A stretch of 64,000 nucleotides of DNA from Gemmatimonadota bacterium (GTDB taxonomy: Bacteria > Gemmatimonadota > Gemmatimonadetes > Palauibacterales > KS3-K002): the NCBI GenBank assembly GCA_020344215.1, contig CP070815.1, positions 3,321,296-3,385,295 of the forward strand, written 5' to 3'. Position numbers and translations under genes: made by a program. Below, in pieces: positions 43,599 to 53,458 of the stretch (its first letter is position 1; every line of letters begins with the position of its first letter). The notes beneath the pieces are model-generated. The model saw nothing but the letters and a program-made list of their open reading frames with translations. It was not told the DNA's origin and did no database searches.

Positions 43599-44336
43599 AT
43601 GCGCTTCGCAGACAAGGTCGCATTCGTAACCGGCGCTTCGAGTGGGATCGGGCGGGCCTGCGCCACTCGATTCGAGGAGGAGGGCGCCGCGGTCTTCGCC
43701 GTTGCGCGCCGCGAAGATCGGCTGAAGGGCACGTTCGATCACTATACGATAGCCGATCTGCGCTCGGATCAGGCGGCACGGGCCGCGGTCGACAGCTGCG
43801 TCGAGCGGCTGGGCCGGGTCGACTACCTCATCAACGCGGCCGGTGTGATCGGGACGGGCGGCGTCCTTGACACGCCGCCCGAGGAGTGGGAGCGGCTGTT
43901 CGCGTCGAACGTCGACAACGTCTACTACGTTACACGCCACGTCGCTCCACACCTGATCGAGAGCGGCGGCGCCATCGTCAACGTGTCGTCGGTCACCAGT
44001 CTGCGTCCCTACGGCAACTTGCTAGGGTACTGTGCGTCTAAGGCGGCGGTCGACATGTTCACCCAGTGTGTAGCCCTCGAGCTGGCGCCCCACGGTGTAC
44101 GTGTCAACGCGGTGAACCCCGGGGTCGTGGTCACCGAGCTACACACGGTGGGCGGTGCGGTGCCGGATTACGAGGCGTTTCTCGAGCGCTCCAAGGCGAC
44201 GCACCCGCTGGGCCGGGTCGGGCAGCCGGAGGAGATCGCGGCGCTGTGCGCTTTCTTGTGCTCGGACGAGGCGGGCTGGATAACGGGAGGGATACACACG
44301 ATCGATGGCGGGAGAGCGCTGCTGAGTGCGCGCTAG
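43599..44336 (+). CDS. SDR family oxidoreductase (FabG-like)
   Basis: VAFVTGASSGIGRA (TGxxxGxG), NAAG, and the S...YCASK catalytic motif. Confidence 0.9.
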   Translation: MRFADKVAFVTGASSGIGRACATRFEEEGAAVFAVARREDRLKGTFDHYTIADLRSDQAARAAVDSCVERLGRVDYLINAAGVIGTGGVLDTPPEEWERLFASNVDNVYYVTRHVAPHLIESGGAIVNVSSVTSLRPYGNLLGYCASKAAVDMFTQCVALELAPHGVRVNAVNPGVVVTELHTVGGAVPDYEAFLERSKATHPLGRVGQPEEIAALCAFLCSDEAGWITGGIHTIDGGRALLSAR

Positions 44337-44617
44337 ACGGGTCGATGGCGTGGGGGGACGGATCACCTATTTTGGGGGTCTAACATCACGCCATATTGGA
44401 TGCAGCCAATTCTTCTCCTGGGGGTCTATCTGTAGAGCTGTGTTGTACTCAACGATTGCCTGCTCTCGCATTCCCACAAAGTCTAGCATGTCTCCACTGA
44501 TACTGTGATATGTTGCATCAAACCGCGCGTGTCAGGACCATCGTCTTAGCCATGGTTCACCTCGTTCCTCGGCACGCCGGGCAACACGCCGTTGGCTGCC
44601 GGCGCTGCCGCCTTTCC

Positions 44618-46282
44618 TCACCGGCGCGCTCCGCGAGCGCCGCCGTTCCCGCGCGGGTCCGCGACGCCGATGTACGCATCCGTCAGCGCATCGAACTCGA
44701 TCCCGTGGATCCGTGCGAAGTAAGGTGCGGAAGCACGGGCCTCAGGAGTGAAGCCGAAGCTCGCCAGCTCGGCCATATCCGCCGCCGACCACGTGGCCGC
44801 GCGCCGGCCCTCTATGTAGATCACCTCGGGCGTCGGGTGGAAGCGGGGTAGTGCCATCGCGTCCGCCAGCGAGAGTTCCTCGTCCACCACGCGGCTCACG
44901 ACCTCCACAATCGCCGAGATGATGCGCCGGGCTCCCGCGGCACCCAGCACGTACGCCGGTTCTCCGTCTTTCAGCACGATGAGTGGCGACTGCGACGAGA
45001 AAGGGCGCGCACCCGGGGGCTGCGATCCGAGGTAGCCCATCGTCGCCGCGTACACAAACCCGAGGCCCGGCGCCGCCACCTTGGAGCCCATGATGGGCCC
45101 GAGTGATTGCGTCAGCGCCACCAATCCCCCCTCCCGGTCAGCGACGGACAGATGCGTCGTGTACGCCGGTTCGAACCACACGGGCGAAGCTTGGCTGCTG
45201 GGCGTTAGGAGGACAGACTCGACTACCCTTGGGTCTTCCACCTCCGTGGCGCGCGAGGTCGCCCAGTCCTTCGAGACCAGGGTATGCGCTTGCCGGGCGG
45301 CCGTCCCCAGGTCCTTGGTGCGGTCCTCGAAGCTCAGGAGCAAAGCCTGCGCGGTGAGCGCCATCCACTCGGGCGTTCCTGCCCGATCAGTAAGGTTGAA
45401 CTGTTCGAGGATATGTAGCGCCTCGATTGTGGTGGCTCCTGAGGCGGGGAGATAGGCGCCCACCAGGTCGTAGCCCCGATAGCTGCCCCGCACGACCAGC
45501 GAGCGGCGCGCCGCGTGCCGCGCGAGGTCCGCCGCGCTCACGAAACCGCCGCGGCGCTGCATGTCGGCGGCGATGCTGTCTGCGATCCAGCCCCGGTAGA
45601 ACACGTCCGCGCCGCCCTCGGCGATGGCCCGCAGGGTGCGGGCGAGATCGGACTGGACGAGCCGTTCGTTGGCTGCGTACGTCTGGCCGTCGGGTTTGAG
45701 GAAATATCGAGAGGAGGCCTCGAACTCCCGCAGCTGTTCCGCGATGCCGGCGATCCGCTCGGCATCCTGGGGAGGCAAGGCAAAGCCCTGTTCGGCGAGC
45801 GCGATGGCAGGTGCGATCAGCTCTGCCCACGGCCGCGTGCCGTAGGCGGCGTGCGCCGTGGCCAGCGCCGCTACGGTGCCTGGAACCCCGATGGTGGGGT
45901 AGCCGTAGAGATCCTCTTCTTCCGCCGGCTCGCTGGGCGCTCCAGCCGGCACCTCCGTGGTGCCGTCGATCCCAACGAACACCCCCTCCGGGGAGCGTAA
46001 CAGGATCTGGGTGCGGCCGCCGAGCCCCGACATGCAAGGCTCGACAACCGAGAGTGCAAACGCCGTGGCGACGGCGGCGTCCACCGCGTTTCCCCCTGAC
46101 TCCAGCAGCTGCACGCCGACGTCCGTGGCGAGTGGAGAGCCGCTCACCACCATGCCGTGGGCCGAGCGGCTAAGCTGCTCGGGTCGGTAGGCGGGATGCT
46201 CGGCCGTCGGCGCCCGGGGCTCACACCCTAGGAGCGCCACGCTGGCTAGGAGCAGGAGGCGTGACACCACTGACGGTCTCAC
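44618..46282 (-). CDS. ggt: Gamma-glutamyltransferase
   Basis: Lipoprotein-type signal (LLLLASVALLGC). GGNAVDAAVATAFALSVVEPCMSGLGGRT. Autoprocessing site TTHLSVADREG. Confidence 0.9.
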   Translation of the reverse strand: MRPSVVSRLLLLASVALLGCEPRAPTAEHPAYRPEQLSRSAHGMVVSGSPLATDVGVQLLESGGNAVDAAVATAFALSVVEPCMSGLGGRTQILLRSPEGVFVGIDGTTEVPAGAPSEPAEEEDLYGYPTIGVPGTVAALATAHAAYGTRPWAELIAPAIALAEQGFALPPQDAERIAGIAEQLREFEASSRYFLKPDGQTYAANERLVQSDLARTLRAIAEGGADVFYRGWIADSIAADMQRRGGFVSAADLARHAARRSLVVRGSYRGYDLVGAYLPASGATTIEALHILEQFNLTDRAGTPEWMALTAQALLLSFEDRTKDLGTAARQAHTLVSKDWATSRATEVEDPRVVESVLLTPSSQASPVWFEPAYTTHLSVADREGGLVALTQSLGPIMGSKVAAPGLGFVYAATMGYLGSQPPGARPFSSQSPLIVLKDGEPAYVLGAAGARRIISAIVEVVSRVVDEELSLADAMALPRFHPTPEVIYIEGRRAATWSAADMAELASFGFTPEARASAPYFARIHGIEFDALTDAYIGVADPRGNGGARGARR

Positions 46283-47727
46283 GGCTGTGCTCCGGTGCTG
46301 GGGTACCGAACGGCCTGGCCTGGTGCCACCCCGTCGACAAACTCACCGCGGTCGAGCACGAGGGTGCCGTTAACCAGTACGTAGTGCACACCGTCCGAGT
46401 ACTGCGCCGAGTCGAGGTAGGTGGCGCGGTCGATGATCGTGTTGGGATCGAACACCGTGATGTCGGCGTACGCGCCAATGCTCAGCCGGCCCCTGTAGCG
46501 CATAGAGGGTACCGCACTCTCGAGCCGCTGCGCGGGCATGATCGTTATCTTCCGCAGCGCTTCCATAAGGGTGAGATGGCCTTCGTTACGTGTCAGTCGA
46601 CCCAGCAGGTGGGTGAATGTACCGGCGCCACGCGGGTGTCCCAACCCGTCGACGATAACGCCGTCGCTCGCTACCATCACGTGCGGATGCCTGAGCGCCA
46701 TCAGCATCTCGTCCTTCGGGATAAAGAAGGTGATGATCGTGGCGCCCTTCTCACGCCAGTACTCGAAGGTCTCTTCGTTCAGCCTCTCACCGGTATCGAC
46801 GAGCATGATCGAGTCGTAGCTGACGCCGCCGAACCGCTCCTGCCAGCCCGGATCGTAAAGTGCTGACTCCAACCGTGTGCTGTTGGCCAGGTACGGGTGG
46901 ATGTCGGCCATTACGTCGATGCCGTGTCTGCGCGCGCCCTCGATCATTTCGAGGCACGGCCCCATCGATCCGATCGCTGAGGAGGCGAGGTGAACGACCT
47001 GGGCGCTGGCCCCGGTGATCGCCGCCGCCGCGATGACTTCCTGAACCGATTGAACGATGGTCTCGGGGAATACCGAGCCCTTGTACCGCGAGTGGACGTG
47101 GGCGGGCACGCCGTGGCGGGCTGCCACGTCGAACATGGCGATGATCTCCTCGTAGGAGGCGCCCGGTGTGTAGTTGATCCCGAAGCCGATCCCCACTGCG
47201 CCGGTCTCGATGGCCTGCGCAGCGATCGCGCGCATATGCGCGATCTCGGTCTCGCCCGCCGGCGCATAGAGATCGGTCACGCCCGCTGCCGCGCGGACAT
47301 CGGGGTGCCCGACCGTGGTACCGTAATTCACCAGCGACCCGTCGACCTCGAAGGCCGCGTACCAGCCCGCGATGTCCACGGGTCCACCGTGCATGCTGAC
47401 CACGGTGGTGACGCCGTCCTTGATCTTGTAGCGCTGGGGCTCACGGCCGGCCCGGATCCGGGCCAGGATGTCCACGAAGCCTGGCGCCACCACTAGGCCC
47501 GAGGCATCGATCACGCGGCGTGCCGTCAGCGGCTGGTCGGTGATCGCGATGATGCGATCGCCGCGGATGAGCACGTTCTGCACGCGGTCGGTCCCGCTGG
47601 CTGGATCCACAACCCGGCCACCGACTATGGCGATGTCTCCGGGTTCTTGGGCGGCTATGGGGCTCACCCCGCAGATCGAGATCAGCCCTGCCAACGGTAG
47701 GAGCTGTCCAAGACGCGTCCACAGCAT
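46279..47727 (-). CDS. N-acyl-D-amino-acid deacylase (D-aminoacylase) family amidohydrolase
   Basis: Signal peptide MLWTRLGQLLPLAGLISICG. IAIVGGRVVDPASG...VIDASGLVVAPGFVD, HPRGAGTF, GAYADITVFDP...VLVNG. The canonical HxH after PGFVD reads ILAR here. Start ATG at 47727; the track ORF to 48453 is a read-through fusion. Confidence 0.8.
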   Translation of the reverse strand: MLWTRLGQLLPLAGLISICGVSPIAAQEPGDIAIVGGRVVDPASGTDRVQNVLIRGDRIIAITDQPLTARRVIDASGLVVAPGFVDILARIRAGREPQRYKIKDGVTTVVSMHGGPVDIAGWYAAFEVDGSLVNYGTTVGHPDVRAAAGVTDLYAPAGETEIAHMRAIAAQAIETGAVGIGFGINYTPGASYEEIIAMFDVAARHGVPAHVHSRYKGSVFPETIVQSVQEVIAAAAITGASAQVVHLASSAIGSMGPCLEMIEGARRHGIDVMADIHPYLANSTRLESALYDPGWQERFGGVSYDSIMLVDTGERLNEETFEYWREKGATIITFFIPKDEMLMALRHPHVMVASDGVIVDGLGHPRGAGTFTHLLGRLTRNEGHLTLMEALRKITIMPAQRLESAVPSMRYRGRLSIGAYADITVFDPNTIIDRATYLDSAQYSDGVHYVLVNGTLVLDRGEFVDGVAPGQAVRYPSTGAQP

Positions 47728-47889
47728 CGTTTTGCTCCTGTCTTGTGTGCGGCTCTGCTCAATCGATGGATTGCGACGTCGTGTGTATTGTTGAAGCCTC
47801 CAGATCGAGCGCTTGGTCACCTTGGCACGGTGTGAGCACCAAACTAGAGCCAGGGCACGCGCCGTGAACAGCCCGGCCGCTGTGACGCC

Positions 47890-48637
47890 GTGTTGAGCCT
47901 GACCCGGCCTGCCGGTTATGCGAATCTTCTCGTCGTACATCTGGCCCCCGAACGAGAAGCTGGACATCAGCGATTCGCCGATCGGCGTCTGCCAGGTCCC
48001 CGCATAGTCCAAGGTGAGGGTCGTCACCTGGTAGTTGTCGGTTGCTTGGTTGCCCAACGGCACGCGGAAGAACCCGTACTCCCGTTCCTCGGTGTACTCC
48101 GTGTTGGTGTAATCGATGCCGGTGGCCAACCGGTGGAAGAAGCCCGGCGTGGGCGTATAATTGATGCTGTGTCCGGTGATGAAGTGGTCCACGAGACTGT
48201 TAAGCTTCATCTCCAGGACTGAGGCGTCGTCGTGGTCGGTGGTGTAGTCGCCCTCCCCGCGGAACACGTTCAGCAGCATCCCCTCGGCGTTGCCGCCGTC
48301 CGGGATCCATCTGATGTCGCGGTGGCTGTAGGAGTTGTTTAGCTGGATGTTTAAGACATTGCTCGGGTCGAACCCGAAGTTCCCCCGCGCGGACCAGGAC
48401 CGGCTGTTCTGCGGGTAGATTACGCCTTCCTGGCCCTGCAACTTGGCCGACACGAAGTAGTTCAGAGTCGGCGTGCCGCCGCGTGACTTCGTTGGGGGCT
48501 GGGTCAGGTGGGGAGGGAGGCCGGGCGAGACAACCCGCTAGGCCCAGGAGAGCGAGCAACACGCACCGCGCACGCCTTCCTGTCGAACGGAGGTTCCGGT
48601 GGCGGCGGCGATCGAACCAGGGGGCCGTGTCTTGCAT
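47890..48637 (-). pseudogene. TonB-dependent receptor remnant (barrel fragment only) preceded by a frameshifted lipoprotein-type signal
   Basis: About 190 aa of TBDR beta-barrel-like sequence (..GIDYTNTEYTEEREYGFFRVPLG...LTLDYAGTWQTPIGESLMSSFSFGGQMYDE) with no plug and no distal barrel. A separate frame upstream encodes ARCVLLALLGLAGC. There is no stop before the D-aminoacylase start. Confidence 0.5.
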
Positions 48638-48716
48638 GGCCAGCTGCCCGTTGAGCGACAGGTCGACCGCTCACCTGCGGTGGACAACACACAACCCCGC
48701 CGATAACGCCACCCAA

Positions 48717-51329
48717 CTAGAACTCCAACCGCTGCGGCCCGTTCGCCGTGCCGAGGTAGATGGCGTTGAACAGGATCTTGAATGTCTCGTGCGGTTGCCC
48801 TCGGTACTGCGGGCGGAATCCGAACAGGATCACGCGCCCATCTCCGTAGCGCGCCTCGACCAGGGCCGCCTTGCCGTTCAGGAACTCGGTGTGCAAGGCA
48901 TAGCCGCTGAGCAGCTGTCCCGTCTCCGGATAGCGCGCGACGACCGCAACGTCGCGGCGGTCTCCCTCGACCTCGAAGAGCGGGCCGTTCGAGTAGAAGA
49001 CGACCGTCTCCTCGGGCATGCCGTAGCCTGCCGGGTGGTTGGTGTCGATCTCCACGGCGAGGATCGAACCGGGCGCATAAAAGGCACTACCGCTTCGCTG
49101 CTCGTTGAACGCCGGGCGCACGTCGTTCACCGGTAGCCCGAGCTGCTCTATGGCGAAGCCGGAGGACGAGTCGATGCAGATGAGCGTGCCGCCGGCCTTC
49201 ACGAACGCGCGGATCGCTGCGGTACCGGCATCGCCCAATCCGCCGGCGTATTCCGCCGGTACCGTGCCGGGCTTCCGCCCTTCGACGATCGAGCTGGCTG
49301 ACACGTCCGGGAGTATGATCACGTCGTAGCGTGCCCGGAGATCGCCGGCGCGGATCTCCGTATCGTGCAACGTCCGATAGGGCAGGTCCCAGCCCTCGAG
49401 CACCCAGCGGGTCCAGCCCTCGTCCATCGATGCAGTCCAGGGCTGATAGAGGCCAACCCGCGGCTGACCGACCTGATACCCTGTGACGGTACCCGAGAAC
49501 GACTGCGCCGACAGACCCTCGTCGCTCGCCAGGCTCTCCAGGATCTGTCGGACGTCCGGTCCGTGCAGCACGGCGCTCCCGACGGGCCAACGTTGGCCTC
49601 CCGACTCCGCGGCTTCGGACAGGAGAGCGACGCGGCCGCCGGATGCCAGCAGTCGATGGATCGCCAGGTTGCCGGCGTTCGTCACGTTCGTCACGACGAA
49701 AGTCGAGCCTGGCCCGGTTACGCTGCCGGCCGGCGGCTCGATCTCGTCGGTCAGCAACTGCAGATCGGCCGCGAACGGCGTCAGCGCCTCCACCACTTCC
49801 ACGCCCATTTGGAGCGGGAGCGTCCAGCCAGCGGCGTCGTAGGGAGTGTCGGGCGGCCCGCCGGGATAGGCGCGGAGGTCCGGGTAGGACTGGCGCTCGA
49901 GCAGATCCTTGGCATGTGCCCGGTAAGGCTGCGCCATTAGTACGACCCAGCTGCCGGCTGGGTACTCGATCCCCTCGGACAAGAAAGGCGACCTGGCGCG
50001 ATGGATCTCCACGCCGCCACCGCGCACCACTTCCAGCATGGCGGCTGCGCTCCCAACGTCCCGCTGGTTCGCCGGTACCACGTAGGCGAAGGGAGGCTCA
50101 TCGCGACCTGCTGAGACGGCCTGGCGACCTAGCTCGACGTAGTAACGGATGAGACGGGTACGCTGGCGCGCGGCAAACCCGATCACCGAGCGTGCGGCGA
50201 TCAGCTGGTAGTCGATTATATCGCGGATGTGCCACCAGCCGCCGGGCCACGGGTTCGGGAAGTTGATCCCGTGCTGCGGCTGTCGGACCTGATCCGGCTC
50301 GAGAAAAAGCGGGGAGGCGAGCCGTGCGCTGGCCGACTCGGAGAGTATGCCGATCATGTTATGTCGCGCGGGCACCGTCCGCAGGCCGCCATGCCACCAG
50401 AGGTCGAATCGCCACGCGTTCACAACGCCGGACTTGTCGGCCGCCTCCAGGTCGGTGGAGATCTGCAGCCCGACCAGCGAGATCATCCGCACGAGCAGCG
50501 GATCGATGTTCGGGTTCGCCGGGTCGTCGAACGGCGGGACGAAGAACCGCGCGCCGTCGCGCCCCATCTGGTGCACGTCGTAAACGACCTCGGGGAACCA
50601 CTGCCGGTACAGCAGGTCGGTGAGCAACCGGGTCTCGACCTGGGTGAGCATATACCAATCGCGGTTGTTGTCATGGCCCGCGTACGGATGGTACAGCCAC
50701 GGCATCCCCCCGCCCTCGTACGGAGTGCCCAGGGTCCGCTCGTACCAGTCGGACACCATCTGCTGACCATCGGGATTGGCCGACGGGATCAGCAGCACCA
50801 CGACATCCTCTAACGTCGCGGCTAGGTCGGGATCGCTGGCCAGCGTATAGGCCAGCTCCATCACGCCCTGACTCGAGGCGATCTCTGTGCTGTGGATGTT
50901 GTTGCTGATCAAGACGACGGCCGGCTGCTTCTCGAGCAGCGCTTCGAGCTCATCCTCCTCCAGCTCTCGGGGATCGGCGAGCTTGGCCTGGTTGAGCCGG
51001 ATCTCCTCGAGCCGCGCCATGTTGTCGGGCGTCGTGACGGTAACGAGGATGAACGGCCGTCCTTGAGTGCTGCGGCCGACCGTGTCGACACGCACTGCGG
51101 TGGAGGCGCTGCCCAGATGGTCGAAGTAGGCGGTGATCTTCTCCCAATCCGCGAGCTTGAAGTCGGCGCCCACAGGGTGACCGAGATATTCGGCCGGCGC
51201 CACGGGTGCCGCGTCACCGAGCTCGCTGTGACTGGCGGATCGGGATGTATCTTGGCCGGCGAGCGCCCCGGCCTGCAGTAGCAGAGCGACTCCGGCGGCC
51301 ATCGGCGTCAGTCGACTGGGATGGGCCAT
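48717..51329 (-). CDS. M14 family zinc carboxypeptidase-like protein with a large C-terminal extension
   Basis: Signal peptide. NNIHSTEIASSQGVMELAY...LLIPSANPDGQQMV...AGHDNNRDW are M14-type zinc/substrate motifs. 870 aa. Confidence 0.8.
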   Translation of the reverse strand: MAHPSRLTPMAAGVALLLQAGALAGQDTSRSASHSELGDAAPVAPAEYLGHPVGADFKLADWEKITAYFDHLGSASTAVRVDTVGRSTQGRPFILVTVTTPDNMARLEEIRLNQAKLADPRELEEDELEALLEKQPAVVLISNNIHSTEIASSQGVMELAYTLASDPDLAATLEDVVVLLIPSANPDGQQMVSDWYERTLGTPYEGGGMPWLYHPYAGHDNNRDWYMLTQVETRLLTDLLYRQWFPEVVYDVHQMGRDGARFFVPPFDDPANPNIDPLLVRMISLVGLQISTDLEAADKSGVVNAWRFDLWWHGGLRTVPARHNMIGILSESASARLASPLFLEPDQVRQPQHGINFPNPWPGGWWHIRDIIDYQLIAARSVIGFAARQRTRLIRYYVELGRQAVSAGRDEPPFAYVVPANQRDVGSAAAMLEVVRGGGVEIHRARSPFLSEGIEYPAGSWVVLMAQPYRAHAKDLLERQSYPDLRAYPGGPPDTPYDAAGWTLPLQMGVEVVEALTPFAADLQLLTDEIEPPAGSVTGPGSTFVVTNVTNAGNLAIHRLLASGGRVALLSEAAESGGQRWPVGSAVLHGPDVRQILESLASDEGLSAQSFSGTVTGYQVGQPRVGLYQPWTASMDEGWTRWVLEGWDLPYRTLHDTEIRAGDLRARYDVIILPDVSASSIVEGRKPGTVPAEYAGGLGDAGTAAIRAFVKAGGTLICIDSSSGFAIEQLGLPVNDVRPAFNEQRSGSAFYAPGSILAVEIDTNHPAGYGMPEETVVFYSNGPLFEVEGDRRDVAVVARYPETGQLLSGYALHTEFLNGKAALVEARYGDGRVILFGFRPQYRGQPHETFKILFNAIYLGTANGPQRLEF

Positions 51330-51433
51330 GGTGTCCTTCTCTTAGGTGATGGGTGGACGAACTTCCCGAGCGGCAAAGCTTATGCACAGCAGGTAGCCGA
51401 GCAAGGGCAGCGGGCGGCCCGCTGATCGCCGGT

Positions 51434-53254
51434 TCAGCTACCCTGCCGCCAGATCCGGCGCACGGCCAGCTGGACCTCCGTCGGCTCGTCCACCTCGGTC
51501 AGCCTGTAGACCGGGACGCTGCGCTCACCCAGGGTGACTCTGACGGTCTGGTTCTCACCGTAGCGTGATACGGTAAATTCGGCCGACTGGCCCGGATTAG
51601 ACCTCCAGAGGAATGCCTGTAACGAGGCCAAGCTGGTGACTTCGACCCCGTCGATAGCGACGATCAGATCGCCGTAGCTGAGCCCGCTGCGCCAAGCCGG
51701 CCCGTCTCTTACGATTCCACTCAGCGCGAGCCGGCCGTTCGACTCTCCGAGCTCGACCCCCATGAAGCCAATGCTGTCTCTTCGTCGGGTTGCGTCCTCA
51801 TCGACGGTCAGTTCGTAGCCGGCGAGCCGGAAGAAGTCCTCGAACGGGATGTCGTCGGTCCCGAAGACGTAGCGATCGAAGAACTCGCGGAAGGAGCCGC
51901 CGGCCACCTCCTCGATGACCGCGCGGATCCCTTGGGCATCGAAAGCTGCAGCGTCGTCGCGGGTTCGCTCCCAGATCAGGCGCATCACGTCGTCGAGCCC
52001 TCCGGCACCGTGCGTCCGGTTCGCGATCTCCAGCTCGAGCAGGTTGGCGATGACGCGGCCCTTGAAGTAGTAGTCGGTGCGGTAGTTGTCGGAGCTCTCG
52101 TCTTCGCGGTAGAAATGGATCCAGGCGTTGAAGCTGGCGTCAGCGGCGCTCTGCAGGGTGTGGCCCGGGATCGATCTGTACTCGGTAACGAAACCGATGG
52201 GGTCGTCGAGACTCTCGAGGAGTCGGGCGCGGCGCAGGATCCGGTCGCCGTAGTACGAGGTGAATCCCTCGTAGAACCAGAGCGCGTCGGTGTAGTTCTC
52301 TTCCTCGTAGTTGTAAGGCCTGAACGCGGGAGGCTGGATTCGCTTCACGACCCAGGCGTGGAAAACCTCGTGGGAGACAACGCCTAGCACGTCCTGGTGA
52401 CCGGGCACGCTCCGAAAGTCCAGGCCGCCGAGCCCGATCGTCGTCCCGTTGGCGTGCTCGATCCCCCCGTCGCGGGTGAGCGTTAAGAACACGAACGCGT
52501 ACCGCTCGTACGGCAGGCCACCGTACAACTGCGAGCAGGTCTCGACGATCTGGGTGAAATCGTCCCTCCAACGCTCGAGGTCGGCGTTGTGCGGGCCGAG
52601 GATTAATATGACGTGCGGGATCCCTCCCACCTCGAACTCGATCTCATCGAAGTGGCCGATCAGCATCGGCGCGTCGATCAGCTCGTGATACGAGCGGGCC
52701 GAGACCCTGTACGGGTTATCACCCGACGGGGCCAACGCGCCGTTCAGCCGCCAGCCGTCCGGCAACTGGAAAGTAGCCGAGGCTGGGGCGTCGGCTGCCC
52801 CGACCACATGCATGAACAGGTTGGGCCCGATGATGTGGCCTCCACTGTCGTAGACGAACGACCAGCGGATACCCGGCTCGCGCGCGTAGACCTCGTAGTC
52901 GAGCAAGACCTGTTCCGCCCCACCCGTCTCTATGCGCCAGGTGTTCTTGTCGGCCTTGTGCCAGGCGAGGGGCCGGCCGGTCCCGTCCTGTGGAGCGAAG
53001 CTGATTACGTGCCGCTCGTACTCCCGTACCAGGTACGAGCCCGGGGTCCAGACGGGCATCGATACGTCGACGACCGAGGACCCATCCCCAGAGATCGCCA
53101 TCCGTACGTGGAACACGTGAGTGTGGGGCTGCGTGACCGTTACCGTGTAGTCGACGGCCACCTTCGGCGGCTCGACTGCGAGTGCGGTAGGCGCGGCGAT
53201 GAGAGCCGAGGCCGACAGCGCCAGCAAGGTGCGAGCCAGCTTGGCTGAGTTCAT
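51434..53254 (-). CDS. M61 family glycyl aminopeptidase with C-terminal PDZ domain
   Basis: Signal peptide MNSAKLARTLLALSASALIAAPTALA. HEVFHAW zinc motif (HExxH). PDZ-like GLSYGDLIVAIDG. GAGGAG upstream of ATG 53254. Confidence 0.85.
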   Translation of the reverse strand: MNSAKLARTLLALSASALIAAPTALAVEPPKVAVDYTVTVTQPHTHVFHVRMAISGDGSSVVDVSMPVWTPGSYLVREYERHVISFAPQDGTGRPLAWHKADKNTWRIETGGAEQVLLDYEVYAREPGIRWSFVYDSGGHIIGPNLFMHVVGAADAPASATFQLPDGWRLNGALAPSGDNPYRVSARSYHELIDAPMLIGHFDEIEFEVGGIPHVILILGPHNADLERWRDDFTQIVETCSQLYGGLPYERYAFVFLTLTRDGGIEHANGTTIGLGGLDFRSVPGHQDVLGVVSHEVFHAWVVKRIQPPAFRPYNYEEENYTDALWFYEGFTSYYGDRILRRARLLESLDDPIGFVTEYRSIPGHTLQSAADASFNAWIHFYREDESSDNYRTDYYFKGRVIANLLELEIANRTHGAGGLDDVMRLIWERTRDDAAAFDAQGIRAVIEEVAGGSFREFFDRYVFGTDDIPFEDFFRLAGYELTVDEDATRRRDSIGFMGVELGESNGRLALSGIVRDGPAWRSGLSYGDLIVAIDGVEVTSLASLQAFLWRSNPGQSAEFTVSRYGENQTVRVTLGERSVPVYRLTEVDEPTEVQLAVRRIWRQGS

Positions 53255-53388
53255 TGGGATCTCCTCGACAGCGGGCCGGCGGGCCTGACGGTCACCTGGC
53301 ACGTCTTATTCGGTTGGTGCAATCGCCTGAAGGTACCTACACACATTAGATGATACTGCGTGGGGCACGGTTGCTGGCCTGCGGCACG

Positions 53389-53417
53389 AAAAAGAGGGGC
53401 GCCCTCTGGCGCCCCTC
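53389..53417 (-). terminator. Rho-independent terminator downstream of the sigma factor gene
   Basis: On the minus strand: GAGGGGCGCC - AGAG - GGCGCCCCTC (perfect 10-bp stem) followed by TTTTT. Confidence 0.7.
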
Positions 53418-53458
53418 CGGTTCTTCTCTTCGCGGCGGTCTTTGTCCGGCAAACCGGC

